Of a stretch of DNA of 64,000 nucleotides, positions 1-10,312 are shown one piece after another. A model generated the notes under the pieces. It was not told where the DNA came from. It worked only from the letters and a program-made list of their open reading frames with translations, and searched no databases. Positions within the stretch are counted from its first letter, which is position 1; the number at the start of each line of letters is the position of its first letter. Origin of the DNA: Candidatus Uhrbacteria bacterium (GTDB lineage: Bacteria > Patescibacteriota > Patescibacteriia > UBA9934). Location: assembly GCA_903827265.1 (NCBI GenBank), contig CAIKHN010000024.1, forward strand, positions 3,332-67,331, in the 5' to 3' direction. The position numbers and the translations under genes are program-made.

Positions 1-1
1 C

Positions 2-295
2 GTCGTCTTCTATGAAGCAAAGGTTATTCTGAATGACGGCGCAGATCTCAGCGCAGTCAAATCCGGAATGTCAGCGAATGTCATCATTCACACCAACGCC
101 GTTACTGGCGTACTCTTCATTCCAAAACGTGCAATTCTTCAAGACACAAATGGAAAGTACGTTCGCATTCCAACAAACACAACCGGAGCATTCGACCGTC
201 GATCCGTCACCGTCGGCCTATACGGCGACGACGGATCTGCAGAAATCTTGAGCGGTCTCTCTGATGGCGAGACTGTGATTATTACCATTCGGTAA
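2..295 (+). CDS. efflux periplasmic adaptor (membrane-fusion, HlyD/MacA-like) C-terminal fragment; 5' end lies outside window
   Basis: Frame is open from the window edge to the stop at 295. It is tightly coupled (2-nt gap) to a downstream ABC ATPase and FtsX-type permease, the typical MacAB-like tripartite operon order. Confidence 0.5.
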   Translation, partial: VVFYEAKVILNDGADLSAVKSGMSANVIIHTNAVTGVLFIPKRAILQDTNGKYVRIPTNTTGAFDRRSVTVGLYGDDGSAEILSGLSDGETVIITIR

Positions 296-297
296 TT

Positions 298-969
298 ATG
301 TCTGTGGTCATCGAGCTGAAGAATCTTACAAAGACGTATCAGAACGGCGATGTTGAAACGCTGGTGCTTCGTGGACTACAGCTCACCATCAACGCTGGCG
401 AGTTTGTGGCGCTCATGGGGCCGTCCGGATCTGGAAAGTCCACACTCATGCACATTCTGAGCTTCCTTGATCGACCAACAAGCGGTACGTACGTCTTTCG
501 AGGCAAAGATGTCACTGACCTTAACAACGACGAGCGCGCCGCACTTCGCTTGGCAGATATTGGTTTCGTATTCCAAGCATTTCATCTTCTCCCAAAACTG
601 ACTGTTCTTGAAAACGTGATGCTTCCGCTGGTGTACGCAGGAGTTCCTCTTGCTGACCGCAAACATCGCGCAACAGAAGCATTGCAACGCGTAGGCCTTG
701 ATGAACGGCTGGAATATCTCCCGAGCCAGCTTTCTGGCGGACAGAAACAACGCGTCGCCATTGCCCGAGCGCTCATCAATAATCCGTCCGTCATCTTTGC
801 CGACGAACCGACAGGAAACCTCGACTCTGTTTCCAGCGAACAAGTTCTTGGCATTCTTGCGGATCTGCACAAGGAAGGACGAACTATTGTTATGGTGACG
901 CACGAACAAGAAGCCGCAAGCGTTGCAAAACGTATTATTCGCATGAAAGACGGTGTGATTACCGGATAA
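298..969 (+). CDS. ABC transporter ATP-binding protein, MacB/LolD type
   Basis: Walker A GPSGSGKST, ABC signature LSGGQKQRVAIARAL, Walker B IFADEPTGNLD, and an H-loop MVTHE. Confidence 0.9.
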   Translation: MSVVIELKNLTKTYQNGDVETLVLRGLQLTINAGEFVALMGPSGSGKSTLMHILSFLDRPTSGTYVFRGKDVTDLNNDERAALRLADIGFVFQAFHLLPKLTVLENVMLPLVYAGVPLADRKHRATEALQRVGLDERLEYLPSQLSGGQKQRVAIARALINNPSVIFADEPTGNLDSVSSEQVLGILADLHKEGRTIVMVTHEQEAASVAKRIIRMKDGVITG

Positions 970-972
970 GCT

Positions 973-2202
973 ATGCGCATCAACGATCTCTTTATTACGT
1001 CGTCCGAATCGTTACGTCGCAACACATCGCGATCACTGTTAACGATTCTTGGAATTATTATTGGTATCGCCGCAGTTATTGTCATGCTTTCGATTGGGCA
1101 AGGCGCACAAGGATACGTTCTTAATCAAGTCGCGAGTCTTGGATCCGACGTCCTCTACATCCAGCCAGGAAGCGGAAGCTCTGAAGGTGGCCCACCATCG
1201 CCGTTCACCCAGCAAACCATTAATCTTGCCGACGCCGCAGCGCTCAAAAAGCGCGGACCATTTAGCGTTGTTTCCGCGCTGCTCATTACGAGCTCAGCGG
1301 TTAGCGCACAGGAAAGCACCTTCACCGACATCGCGGGTACCGATGAATATCAGCTTGTTATCTCCCCCGCCGAACTGTCGGCCGGACGATTCCTCGATGC
1401 AGAAGACGTTTCCTCTCATGCTCGCGTTGCCGTATTAGGATCCGACATCGCCCGCGATCTCTTTGGCGATCAAAATCCTGTTGGCGAGCGCATTACCATC
1501 AAAAATCTTCCTGTTCGTGTTATTGGCGTGCTTACTCCGCAAGGAAGCAAATTCTTCTCGAACCTCGATAAACGAATTTATCTCCCCGTCACAACCACAC
1601 AACGCGAGTTAATGAACGTCGACTACGTCTCATACCTTTCGGCAAAAACGACTGTCGACATTGAAGTTGCAAAAGACGAAGCCCGCGCGATTCTTCGCGA
1701 CACGCACGCACTGGACAATCCAAATGAAGATCTTGCGAAAGATGACTTTAAAGTCTCGTCCCAAGCAGATGCAGTGAACACAATTGCTGGCGTCGGTTTT
1801 GCACTCACATTACTGCTCGCATCGATTGCTGCAATCTCACTTCTGGTTGGCGGCATCGGCATTATGAACATGATGTTAGTTTCCGTTACTGAACGCACGC
1901 GAGAAATTGGTTTACGCAAAGCAATTGGTGGAACTGAGAAAAATATTCTCGGACAATTCCTGCTTGAAGCGGTTATGCTGACGCTCACCGGAGGAGTGCT
2001 CGGTGTTGTTTCAGGCGTTATTGTCTCATTTCTCGCATCATTGCTTTTAGGAGCGTTCGTCGACGGCTGGACATTTGTTATTCCGCCGTCTGCCGTCATT
2101 GCATCATTCATTGTTGCGACCGTCGTCGGTATCGCCTTCGGATATTACCCAGCGAAGCGTGCAGCAAAACTCGATCCTATTGAAGCGCTGCGCTACGAAT
2201 AA
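973..2202 (+). CDS. ABC transporter permease, FtsX/MacB family
   Basis: N-terminal TM helix, large extracytoplasmic domain and C-terminal multi-TM FtsX-like region. Start follows the ATPase stop by 3 nt. Confidence 0.8.
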   Translation: MRINDLFITSSESLRRNTSRSLLTILGIIIGIAAVIVMLSIGQGAQGYVLNQVASLGSDVLYIQPGSGSSEGGPPSPFTQQTINLADAAALKKRGPFSVVSALLITSSAVSAQESTFTDIAGTDEYQLVISPAELSAGRFLDAEDVSSHARVAVLGSDIARDLFGDQNPVGERITIKNLPVRVIGVLTPQGSKFFSNLDKRIYLPVTTTQRELMNVDYVSYLSAKTTVDIEVAKDEARAILRDTHALDNPNEDLAKDDFKVSSQADAVNTIAGVGFALTLLLASIAAISLLVGGIGIMNMMLVSVTERTREIGLRKAIGGTEKNILGQFLLEAVMLTLTGGVLGVVSGVIVSFLASLLLGAFVDGWTFVIPPSAVIASFIVATVVGIAFGYYPAKRAAKLDPIEALRYE

Positions 2203-2246
2203 CCGCGTTCTCGCCACCAATTGCGGCGTCGAGAATACCTGCCGAT

Positions 2247-3404
2247 ATGTTCGCTCCTCGATTCTTTCACGTGTCATACAAATACATTCTCAAGCCACTC
2301 GCGTTTCAATTCGATCCAGAAACCGTTCACGATGCCATGATCAGATTCGCGTCGAGCCTTGGGCAATTCCCATTCGCACAGCGCGTACTCTCAGCATGTT
2401 TCGCATACACAAACCCAGCGCTTGAACAGACGATTCACGGCATACATTTCGCGAACCCCGTTGGCCTCAGCGCAGGATTCGATAAAAATGCAGAAATCAT
2501 CAACGCGATCGCCGCGGTCGGATTCGGATTCACTGAGGTTGGATCGATCACCGGAGAACCGTGTACCGGGAATCCAAAGCCGCGACTATGGCGCCTGCCA
2601 AAGTCCAAAGCCATCATGGTGTGGTACGGACTGAAAAATGACGGCTGCGTTGCAATCGCGAAACGTCTTCGCTATACGCAATTTCCAGTTCCTGTCGGCA
2701 CAAGCATCGCGCGAACAAATGACGCAACAACGGTAGACATCCACGCCGGAATACACGACTACACCAAAGCATTTCGCGAGCTTTCAAACATCGGCGCGTA
2801 CACAACCGTCAACATTAGCTGTCCAAACACGTGCGGCGGCGAGCCGTTCACATCGCCGGAACGCCTGGAAAAACTCCTTACAGCACTTGATGAAATCCCA
2901 AGCGCAAAACCGATCTTTCTTAAACTTCCCGCCGATATTTCATTTACTGACGCCGATCTTCTCGTTGCAGTCGCACGCAAGCATCGTGTGCACGGATTTG
3001 TGGTTTCGAATCTCACAAAACACCATCACGCGCAAACAATTCGGCAACACGAAATTACTCCAGCAATGAAAGGAGGCATTAGCGGAGAACCAACGCGCGA
3101 TCTTTCCAATGCGCTTATTGCGCACCTCTTTCGCGCGGTAAGAACCGAATACGTTATTATTGGCGTTGGAGGGATTTTTTCAGCGAGTGACGCGTATGAC
3201 AAAATTCGTCATGGCGCGAGCCTCGTCCAACTCATTACCGGGCTAATCTTTGAAGGACCTCAACTCGTCGGCGAAATCAACAACGGTCTTGCAAAACTTC
3301 TTATAAAAGACGGGTACACGAATATCTCGAACGCCGTCGGTTCTGCCGTAACGCCATTGGAACTATGTCAAAATCAATGCTCGTCATCGCAGTCAGTGGA
3401 GTAA
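2247..3404 (+). CDS. pyrD: dihydroorotate dehydrogenase (quinone), class 2
   Basis: Translation has a class-2 DHODH N-terminal extension and conserved blocks FANPVGLSAGFDKN, GFGFTEVGSIT and NISCPNT. Confidence 0.85.
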   Translation: MFAPRFFHVSYKYILKPLAFQFDPETVHDAMIRFASSLGQFPFAQRVLSACFAYTNPALEQTIHGIHFANPVGLSAGFDKNAEIINAIAAVGFGFTEVGSITGEPCTGNPKPRLWRLPKSKAIMVWYGLKNDGCVAIAKRLRYTQFPVPVGTSIARTNDATTVDIHAGIHDYTKAFRELSNIGAYTTVNISCPNTCGGEPFTSPERLEKLLTALDEIPSAKPIFLKLPADISFTDADLLVAVARKHRVHGFVVSNLTKHHHAQTIRQHEITPAMKGGISGEPTRDLSNALIAHLFRAVRTEYVIIGVGGIFSASDAYDKIRHGASLVQLITGLIFEGPQLVGEINNGLAKLLIKDGYTNISNAVGSAVTPLELCQNQCSSSQSVE

Positions 3405-4786
3405 TTTTCCTGCTTACCGCAACCGCAATCAGCGAACGTCTTACAAACACCGCGTCCGTCGTACCGTCAACACCGTCAGCGTCCTCACCTTCGCCCGTTC
3501 GCGAAGCTCCTTCGTCAAAATATCTTGAAACAGGCTACCATCTTGGATTGAATTTTTTCGTGTTTCCGCGGAATGCGACCGACGATACAGCACGCGCCTT
3601 GACCGCGCCCGAAACCGCGACCCAACTGCAAACGCTCCACGCAGAAGTCGCACGACAACTCACGAACGGCGACACGCTGTGGAGTGCAGTAGAACCAAAA
3701 GCAAACGCTTGGAACTGGGCAACGACCGACAGCATGTTCCAATCATTTTCGTCATCAGTAGAACCAATCGCCGATCTTTTTTCGATGCAATATGCATCTC
3801 CGAATGCACCATGGAACATATCTGGACCATTTGAAAAAACAATGACCGCTGAAGCCGAAACATACATCCGTACTGTTGTTCGACGATACAAAGATTCGGT
3901 GACGTATTGGGAAATCGGCAACGAAATGGATCACTGGAAACTTTTAGATCCAGGAAACCTCGAAGCGATTCATGGCAAATTCTCAGACGTCACAGAAAAA
4001 CTCCCAACGCTTCTTCCGTCCGATGGGTACAGTCCGGCAGAACAAGGCGCGTTCTTCGCTGCAACGGCAAACATTGTTCGAGAAGAAGATCCTGACGCAA
4101 TCCTTGTGATGCCAGGTATGAGTGCCGCGCAGGATTATCAGCTCAACACCTGGCTCCCTGGCTTCGTTGCCGGAGCAGGAACTGACGCATTCGACATTGT
4201 GAACTACCACGACTACGGATCGTGGAGCGACATGGAAGGCAGGCTTTCTGCGCTGAAAGCGTCAATGCAAACGCTCGGCATTGCAAACAAGCCAATCTGG
4301 CTTTCTGAAACGGGAAGCAGTGCCGATACAACGCTCACCCAACGAACAAATTATCCGAACAGCACCGTTACTCAAGCAGCAGACGTGATCCGCAGACTCC
4401 TCATTGCACAAACGAATGGAGTCAGCACAGCCATTTGGCACACGTTTTACAGCTCACCAAGTACAGGTACGAACACCTGGAGAGCGTACGGCCTCCTAAA
4501 CGAACATGGCGAGGAGTCTCCGTCATACGGCGCTTTCGCCACACTTGCGGAGGTGTTTCCCGCAACGTCAGTCGAAGACATCGCGACCACTCCCGGGACG
4601 TATATCGTCAAAATCACCTCGTCTCACGACAACGTCGCCTACGCAGTTTGGGGCTCCGGAACCTGGACGATTCCAGAAGGGATCGCCGAGGAATACACGA
4701 TTTCATCAACAGGAGTCGCCAAAAGCGCTGCTCCAGCCGAAGGCTCAACGGTGACGCTATCGCCGATCCCGCAGCTTTTTCGCTAA
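3365..4786 (+). CDS. secreted/membrane-anchored glycoside hydrolase, clan GH-A (GH5-like TIM barrel), putative
   Basis: N-terminal hydrophobic anchor. YWEIGNEMD fits the GH-A acid/base NE motif and WLSETGS fits the nucleophile TE(x)G motif. Confidence 0.5.
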   Translation: MSKSMLVIAVSGVIFLLTATAISERLTNTASVVPSTPSASSPSPVREAPSSKYLETGYHLGLNFFVFPRNATDDTARALTAPETATQLQTLHAEVARQLTNGDTLWSAVEPKANAWNWATTDSMFQSFSSSVEPIADLFSMQYASPNAPWNISGPFEKTMTAEAETYIRTVVRRYKDSVTYWEIGNEMDHWKLLDPGNLEAIHGKFSDVTEKLPTLLPSDGYSPAEQGAFFAATANIVREEDPDAILVMPGMSAAQDYQLNTWLPGFVAGAGTDAFDIVNYHDYGSWSDMEGRLSALKASMQTLGIANKPIWLSETGSSADTTLTQRTNYPNSTVTQAADVIRRLLIAQTNGVSTAIWHTFYSSPSTGTNTWRAYGLLNEHGEESPSYGAFATLAEVFPATSVEDIATTPGTYIVKITSSHDNVAYAVWGSGTWTIPEGIAEEYTISSTGVAKSAAPAEGSTVTLSPIPQLFR

Positions 4787-4851
4787 GATTGCTGACAAAT
4801 TGACAGTTCCTCGGGATTCCCGTACACTTTCGCTAACATTTTTATTGCCGT

Positions 4852-5007
4852 ATGTCCCAAGACAATCTCATCAAATTGGAGTGCACCGTCTGTAAGTCCT
4901 TGAACTACCGTTCTTCCAAGAACAAGAAAATCCTCAAGGATCGCCTGGAACTCAAAAAGTTCTGCGAAGGCTGCCGAAAGCACCAAATGCACAAAGAAAC
5001 GAAGTAG
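4852..5007 (+). CDS. rpmG: 50S ribosomal protein L33
   Basis: 51-aa ORF absent from the ORF track because it is under 60 aa: [51 protein letters not shown]. It carries the CxxC...CxxC zinc ribbon typical of L33. Confidence 0.85.
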   Translation: MSQDNLIKLECTVCKSLNYRSSKNKKILKDRLELKKFCEGCRKHQMHKETK

Positions 5008-5031
5008 CCCACGCTACTTCGTTCTTTTTTA
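5001..5031. terminator. bidirectional rho-independent terminator between convergent rpmG (+) and TPR gene (-)
   Basis: Perfect 8-bp stem gaagtagc/gctacttc with loop ccac, followed by a T-run on the + strand and an A-run upstream (T-run on the - strand). Confidence 0.6.
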
Positions 5032-5808
5032 TTTCTTCTCCGCAATCATTTCTTCAAACTCTGCGATCTTCTGATTATCTGGGTTCACTTCACGAAGGTG
5101 TTCGAGAGACTTCTTTGCCTCACTGATCTCCTCAATCTCGAGCGCAGCAGTAATGAAGAAATCGAGGTACTTTGGATTATTCGGGCTAATGGTTTTTGCT
5201 TTCTCGTAGAATCCGTATGCAGTCTTCATGTCGCCTTCTGCGGAGAAGACCTCTCCAAGCGCTGCAAGAACGCTTGCATCCTTTGGGGCAAGTTTTACAA
5301 GGAACTCAAGCGCCTCTTTTGCTTCGGCGTGTTGACCTTGCGACAAATACATTCGTCCGAGCGCTTCATAGGCCTGAACATTCTTTGGGTCATGCGAAAG
5401 TACCGCAACAAGCTCCTTCTCAGCGTCCTCGTATTTTCCAAGCACGATCGACTTCTTTGCTTCGTCGGTCATTCGGTGGAGTTCCCCAGCATCGATCTTT
5501 CCTGTTTTCTGCCGCTCGACATACTGACGTTCGAGCGCGGTAAGCTTTCCTGCAAGACGTCGGAACCATTCCTGGACAGACTTCACGATTGGCAAAACCG
5601 ATGTTTTCCAAACATTCTTTCCCTTCTCCTCAACCTGTCGCATCATGCGCTCTTCAAGAAGCGCATTCTTTGTTTCTCGTGTTCGCGCCTCTTTGCTCGA
5701 CATTGGATCGACAATAGAAAGTTGCGGAGCTTTCTGCTTCGCAATAACCACGATTGTTCCGAGCGAACCAAGAAATACTATCCAAAGCAATCCATCAAAG
5801 GCCGTCAT
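5029..5808 (-). CDS. TPR-repeat protein with N-terminal membrane anchor
   Basis: N-terminal hydrophobic helix followed by several 34-aa TPR-like repeats (AYEALGRMYLSQGQHAEAKEALEF...). Confidence 0.6.
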   Translation of the reverse strand: MTAFDGLLWIVFLGSLGTIVVIAKQKAPQLSIVDPMSSKEARTRETKNALLEERMMRQVEEKGKNVWKTSVLPIVKSVQEWFRRLAGKLTALERQYVERQKTGKIDAGELHRMTDEAKKSIVLGKYEDAEKELVAVLSHDPKNVQAYEALGRMYLSQGQHAEAKEALEFLVKLAPKDASVLAALGEVFSAEGDMKTAYGFYEKAKTISPNNPKYLDFFITAALEIEEISEAKKSLEHLREVNPDNQKIAEFEEMIAEKK

Positions 5809-6572
5809 ACGTTTTGTGCAATCATTACGTCACGCCCCGCATTCACAATTGCTTCAAATTCGTGAATCTTCACACTTGCCCCACCAACGAGTACGCCATC
5901 AATTCCTGGTTCACGCAAGAAGCTATACGCGTTTGCGCCGTCGACAGATCCGCCGTACAGAACCTGTACCGCAGCACCAACGCCAATCGTTCTCAGTGCT
6001 TCGCGAATGACGCCGTGCATTGCAACAGCGTCAGCTGGCGTCGCGCTCACACCAGTATCAATTGCCCAAATCGGCTCGTACGCCACAACCAACCGAGACG
6101 CCTTCGTTAACGTCACGCCGCGAAGTGCGGCGCCAAGCTGTTGTGCGACGAATTCCTCTGCCTTCCCTGCCACGCGCGACTCTTTCGATTCGCCAACACA
6201 CAGAATCGGCACTAACGACGTTTGCGCGATCAATTTCATTTTTGCATTTACCACCGCGTCAGACTCTCCGTTCATCGCTCGGCGCTCCGAGTGACCAATA
6301 ATCACGAATCCACAACCAGCGTCATCGAGCTGTGCAACAGAAACATCGCCAGTGAATGCGCCGAAGCGCTCGGTGCCCATCGTTTGCGCACCAAGAGCAA
6401 CGCGGGTTCGGACGAGTACTTTTCGAACTTCCGACAACGCGGTGAACGACGGACAAATCACGATTTCTGGCAGAACCTCATGCCCCATTACCGATCGCAA
6501 CACTCCGCGCGCGTGCGCGATGGATTCTCGAATGCCGAGATGCATTTTCCAGTTGCCGATAATGGTTTTCAT
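5805..6572 (-). CDS. tpiA: triosephosphate isomerase
   Basis: GNWKMH N-terminus, IIGHSERR, VAYEPIWAIDTG and GGSV motifs. Confidence 0.9.
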   Translation of the reverse strand: MKTIIGNWKMHLGIRESIAHARGVLRSVMGHEVLPEIVICPSFTALSEVRKVLVRTRVALGAQTMGTERFGAFTGDVSVAQLDDAGCGFVIIGHSERRAMNGESDAVVNAKMKLIAQTSLVPILCVGESKESRVAGKAEEFVAQQLGAALRGVTLTKASRLVVAYEPIWAIDTGVSATPADAVAMHGVIREALRTIGVGAAVQVLYGGSVDGANAYSFLREPGIDGVLVGGASVKIHEFEAIVNAGRDVMIAQNV

Positions 6573-6580
6573 ACTCGAAA

Positions 6581-7864
6581 TTATGTTGTTGGAAGCAATG
6601 CCTTCAATTCATCCTCGCTCGTGAATGGACCGATCGCCGCAAGCGACATGCGGTCGAATCGCAAATATTGCTTTGCAACGCGAGCAATGTCGTCGAGCGT
6701 TACTGCATCAAACTTCTTCAAACGCTCCGCCGGTTCCTCAATAGCGCCAAGGAACAATGCCTGTCGGCCGTAAAACTCCGCGCGATCCGCAGAGTCTTCG
6801 AGGCTCAACGACAATCCTCCGCGAACATTCTCCTTCACCATCGCGAGCTCATCAGCAGTAACGGCATCGACTGCAGCCTTTCGCAACTCGTCGGTGATAA
6901 CTTTCATCGCCTCTTGCAAACGTGTTGCATCAAGTCCTGCGCGAACCGTGAACATTCCGATATCTTGATAGCCTTCGACGCCAGTTCGCACCGTGTAACA
7001 CAATCCACGTCGCTCACGAACTTCCACGAACAAGCGCGAGCTCATGGTTCCGCCAAGAATCGCCGAAAGCAATTTCAATGGCGCTTCGTCGACATGGCCA
7101 CGTCCGACGGTTGGGAAACCGAGGGAAAGTTGAATCTGTTCAAGATCTTTGTGTTGGTAGCGGATGCGACCAACGCCGGCCTGGTCGCCGATGACGCTAA
7201 ATGTCGATCGCGCCGATCCCGAAGGAGCAACAGTGCCGAATGTTTTTTCGAGCTGATCAAGAATATCGCTCGGCAGTTTTCCCGATGCAACAATCACCAT
7301 GTTCTCTGGGCGGTAATGCGAGCCATGGTAGGCGATAACGTCGTCACGCTTCATCGTTTTTACGGATTCCACAGTACCGGCAATGTTCTTTCCAAGAATG
7401 TGTCCATCGAACATTGCTTCCTCGAGCAAATCCTCAATGTGCATGATTGGATTCTCTTCGTACATCTTAATCTCTTCAACGATCACATTCTTCTCACGTT
7501 CCATCTCTTCCGCATTAAACACGGAATGGAAAATCATGTCGTTGAGCAAATCGATCGCGACAGGAAGTTGCTCGCCGGCAATTTTCACCCAGTATCCTGT
7601 GAGATCTTTTCCAGTGTACGCATTGTATTGTGCACCGTAGCGATCGAGTTCTTTTGAGATGTCGACCGTCTGTGGTCGGCGCGTCGTGCCCTTAAACATG
7701 AGGTGCTCCACAAAGTGCGAGCCGCCCCACACAGCGTCCGTTTCATTTCGTGAACCAACCTGAAACGCAACAAGAATCGCGGCAGCATCTGTTCCAGAAA
7801 ACGGTGCAAGCACAACCTTCGCACCATTTTTGAGATTCGATTGCGTAAAGGACATAAGCAGCAA
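6581..7864 (-). CDS. M16 family zinc peptidase (insulinase-like)
   Basis: Inverted zinc-binding motif HFVEHLMFKGT (HxxEH) near the N-terminus, with the two-domain length of M16 peptidases. Confidence 0.85.
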   Translation of the reverse strand: MLLMSFTQSNLKNGAKVVLAPFSGTDAAAILVAFQVGSRNETDAVWGGSHFVEHLMFKGTTRRPQTVDISKELDRYGAQYNAYTGKDLTGYWVKIAGEQLPVAIDLLNDMIFHSVFNAEEMEREKNVIVEEIKMYEENPIMHIEDLLEEAMFDGHILGKNIAGTVESVKTMKRDDVIAYHGSHYRPENMVIVASGKLPSDILDQLEKTFGTVAPSGSARSTFSVIGDQAGVGRIRYQHKDLEQIQLSLGFPTVGRGHVDEAPLKLLSAILGGTMSSRLFVEVRERRGLCYTVRTGVEGYQDIGMFTVRAGLDATRLQEAMKVITDELRKAAVDAVTADELAMVKENVRGGLSLSLEDSADRAEFYGRQALFLGAIEEPAERLKKFDAVTLDDIARVAKQYLRFDRMSLAAIGPFTSEDELKALLPTT

Positions 7865-7870
7865 CGTCGG

Positions 7871-8428
7871 TTAGATTGTCGTGATTTCTTTTTCTTTCTT
7901 GTCGCCCATTTCTTCAACTTTTGCCGTGTACTCCTTCACCGTCTTTTCAAGTAGCTCTTCAAGACGACGTTTTTCGTCTTCTCCGCCCTCGAGCTTACCC
8001 ATCGCCTTTCGCGTTTCTTCACGAACGCGACGAATTTGTACACGAGCATCCTCCAACTTTTCTTTTGCGAGCTTTACCATTTTCAACCGTGTCTCTTCCG
8101 TCATCATTGGCATATTTAAGCGCAACGATTTACCGTCGACAACCGGATTGATTCCAACATCGCTCTTTGCGATTGCGCTCTCGATAAGTTTCACAACGCT
8201 TGAATCCCATGGTTCGATGAGAATGGTTTTTGCGTCAGGAGTGGTGATGGTTGCAAGCGCCTTAATTGGTTGCAATGCGCCGTAAGCCTCAACCTGAACT
8301 GGCTCAAGAATTGCGGCCGAAGCGCGACCGGTGCGAATTGCACCAAGCTCGTTCACAAGATGTTCGAGGACTTTTGCGAACTGTGGTTTGGTATCGTCGA
8401 TAATGGACATAATTGTTTGAATGTTCAC
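7871..8428 (-). CDS. frr: ribosome recycling factor
   Basis: 185 aa with the typical RRF pattern (GRASAAILE..., VDGKSLRLNMP, coiled-coil C-terminus). Confidence 0.9.
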   Translation of the reverse strand: MNIQTIMSIIDDTKPQFAKVLEHLVNELGAIRTGRASAAILEPVQVEAYGALQPIKALATITTPDAKTILIEPWDSSVVKLIESAIAKSDVGINPVVDGKSLRLNMPMMTEETRLKMVKLAKEKLEDARVQIRRVREETRKAMGKLEGGEDEKRRLEELLEKTVKEYTAKVEEMGDKKEKEITTI

Positions 8429-8498
8429 TGTCTATTCTAAACCAAACACCACGCACCGGCAAGCGGTACGTGGTGATATTTGGCGAACATTCGCCATG

Positions 8499-9560
8499 TT
8501 ATTTCTTGGCGACCGTTGCGCTTCCGAGATACACATGCGTGCTGTCGGACGGATCGACGAGCAGTGCCATTGCAGCACGAGTTGATGGGAGATCGTTTGT
8601 TGTCCATGCGCTTCCTGCAGATGTTGAACGATTCACCGTTGAGTCCGTTCCGTAATAAATCACGTCGCCGTTCTCCGGCGCAATCGCGACCGAGTAAATA
8701 CGAACTTCCCCGCTTGCGGAAATCAGCGATACGCCAGACCACGTCGCACCCTTATCCTTTGAAAGGAGCAGGCCGTATTGCGTATTCATCACCACCGATG
8801 TTCCGTTTGCGTTCTGCGCAAATCCGAACACACGATCTGATGACTTGTAATCCTTTAACGTCTTCTCAAAGCTTACCCACGTTGCGCCACCGTCTGTTGT
8901 GCGTTGCAAACCACTTGTTTTTGTTCCAACAAAGATAATTCTACTGTCGGCTCCACTCACAGCAATCGCCGTTACCGCAGAATCCGTTCGTGAAAGTGTT
9001 GTCCAGCTTGCTCCACCGTCGACGGAACGAATCACGTCGCCAGCAGATGTTCCAACCCACACAATGTTTGGGTCGTACCAATCAAGCGCGAGCGCGGTCA
9101 CTGATTCCTTTGCTCGGCTCTCGACATATGCGCCAGTTGTGAATGAACGTCCGCAATCCGTCGTCTTCATGACACGATCAGTCTTTGCGACAAAGTACGT
9201 ACACACATCTTTCGAGCTCACCGCAATCGAGAGTATGGCTCCCGTATTTGCCATCGGCTCTTCTGGACGCTGCCACGATGCACCGCCGTCAAGAGAATAG
9301 AACATGCCGTTCGCAGCAGTACCAGCGTATATCGCTGAACTATCCTGCGGATCAATTGCGAATGTCGTCACATCAACATTCTCCAATGAACTTGTTCCCG
9401 TGGCTGTCGGAACAACAGCAGTCTGCTCCCACGACGCCGTTGCGTCTGTCGACTGCCAAATTCCTCCAGACGTGACCGCGGTACTTCCACCTCCAAGGCA
9501 CCCTGCTCCTGTCAATGTCAGCGCGGCAATTGCGGCGCCGAAACGAAAAAGTTTATTCAT
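8499..9560 (-). CDS. secreted BNR/Asp-box repeat beta-propeller protein
   Basis: Signal peptide and at least 5 Asp-box repeats (DGGASW, DGGATW, DKGATW, SAGSAW). Confidence 0.7.
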   Translation of the reverse strand: MNKLFRFGAAIAALTLTGAGCLGGGSTAVTSGGIWQSTDATASWEQTAVVPTATGTSSLENVDVTTFAIDPQDSSAIYAGTAANGMFYSLDGGASWQRPEEPMANTGAILSIAVSSKDVCTYFVAKTDRVMKTTDCGRSFTTGAYVESRAKESVTALALDWYDPNIVWVGTSAGDVIRSVDGGASWTTLSRTDSAVTAIAVSGADSRIIFVGTKTSGLQRTTDGGATWVSFEKTLKDYKSSDRVFGFAQNANGTSVVMNTQYGLLLSKDKGATWSGVSLISASGEVRIYSVAIAPENGDVIYYGTDSTVNRSTSAGSAWTTNDLPSTRAAMALLVDPSDSTHVYLGSATVAKK

Positions 9561-10308
9561 ACTTCCCTAATTGTAGCGCAAGTTGCTCAAAGGCGATTGT
9601 GGAATTCCCATTTGCGGCTATTCGCTCTCGCGTTTTGAGAATTGCATCGAAGGCTTTCGCGGATACCCGACCTTGGCGTTTGAGCTCGACAGCAAGAGCA
9701 GCAAGCAGATCGTCAACATCAAGAACGTCACGTTTTCCAAGGCTTTGCGCAGCTTTTAATCGATCAACAAGCGATGACGATGTGAGGTTTTTCACGTCAT
9801 CGAGACATTCAGGAGAAACGGTACGATCAGGATTCGGTGCAAACGGAATAGTAACGATTCGCGAGAGCACGGTTGGCAACATCGCCGAAAGCTCATGAAC
9901 AACAAGAATGACGACAGTCTTCCCCACCGGTTCCTCAAGTGTTTTGAGGAGGGCGTTCTGCGCTGCAGTCGACATCACATTCGCATCGTCAAAAATCGCC
10001 ACCGTTTGACCATGAATCGCCGACTGGCCGAGCCGAGTCAGCGCATCGCGGATGTCGTCCAAGTCATATGCTTTCGACCCTGAATCACGCACAATCGGCG
10101 CCATCGAAATAAAGTCCGGATGACGCGAAAGGTCGTCGTTCGACACGCCAAGAAGCGCCGCGGCAAGCGCTCGAGCAACCATCGATTTTCCAGAATGTTC
10201 AGCTCCAGCAAACACTAAACCCTGCGGGACAGACCCCCGCTCAAGCATGCCGAAAAGTGCCGAAATCTGCTGCTTATTGCCCGAAATATGCGAAAAGTGA
10301 TCCATCAT
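9553..10308 (-). CDS. holB: DNA polymerase III delta' subunit (AAA+ clamp-loader)
   Basis: AAA+ fold with a degenerate Walker A (FAGAEHSGKSMVA) and a box VII region, typical of delta' rather than tau/gamma. Length 251 aa. Confidence 0.65.
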   Translation of the reverse strand: MMDHFSHISGNKQQISALFGMLERGSVPQGLVFAGAEHSGKSMVARALAAALLGVSNDDLSRHPDFISMAPIVRDSGSKAYDLDDIRDALTRLGQSAIHGQTVAIFDDANVMSTAAQNALLKTLEEPVGKTVVILVVHELSAMLPTVLSRIVTIPFAPNPDRTVSPECLDDVKNLTSSSLVDRLKAAQSLGKRDVLDVDDLLAALAVELKRQGRVSAKAFDAILKTRERIAANGNSTIAFEQLALQLGKYE

Positions 10309-10312
10309 ATGC

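Noticed and set aside
6668-7657. 329-aa plus-strand ORF antisense to the M16 peptidase, and similar long antisense ORFs (13918..14757, 18542..19144, 48460..48900)
   Set aside because: They lie opposite genes with strong domain evidence. Their composition is typical of antisense frames, and none has a start signal.
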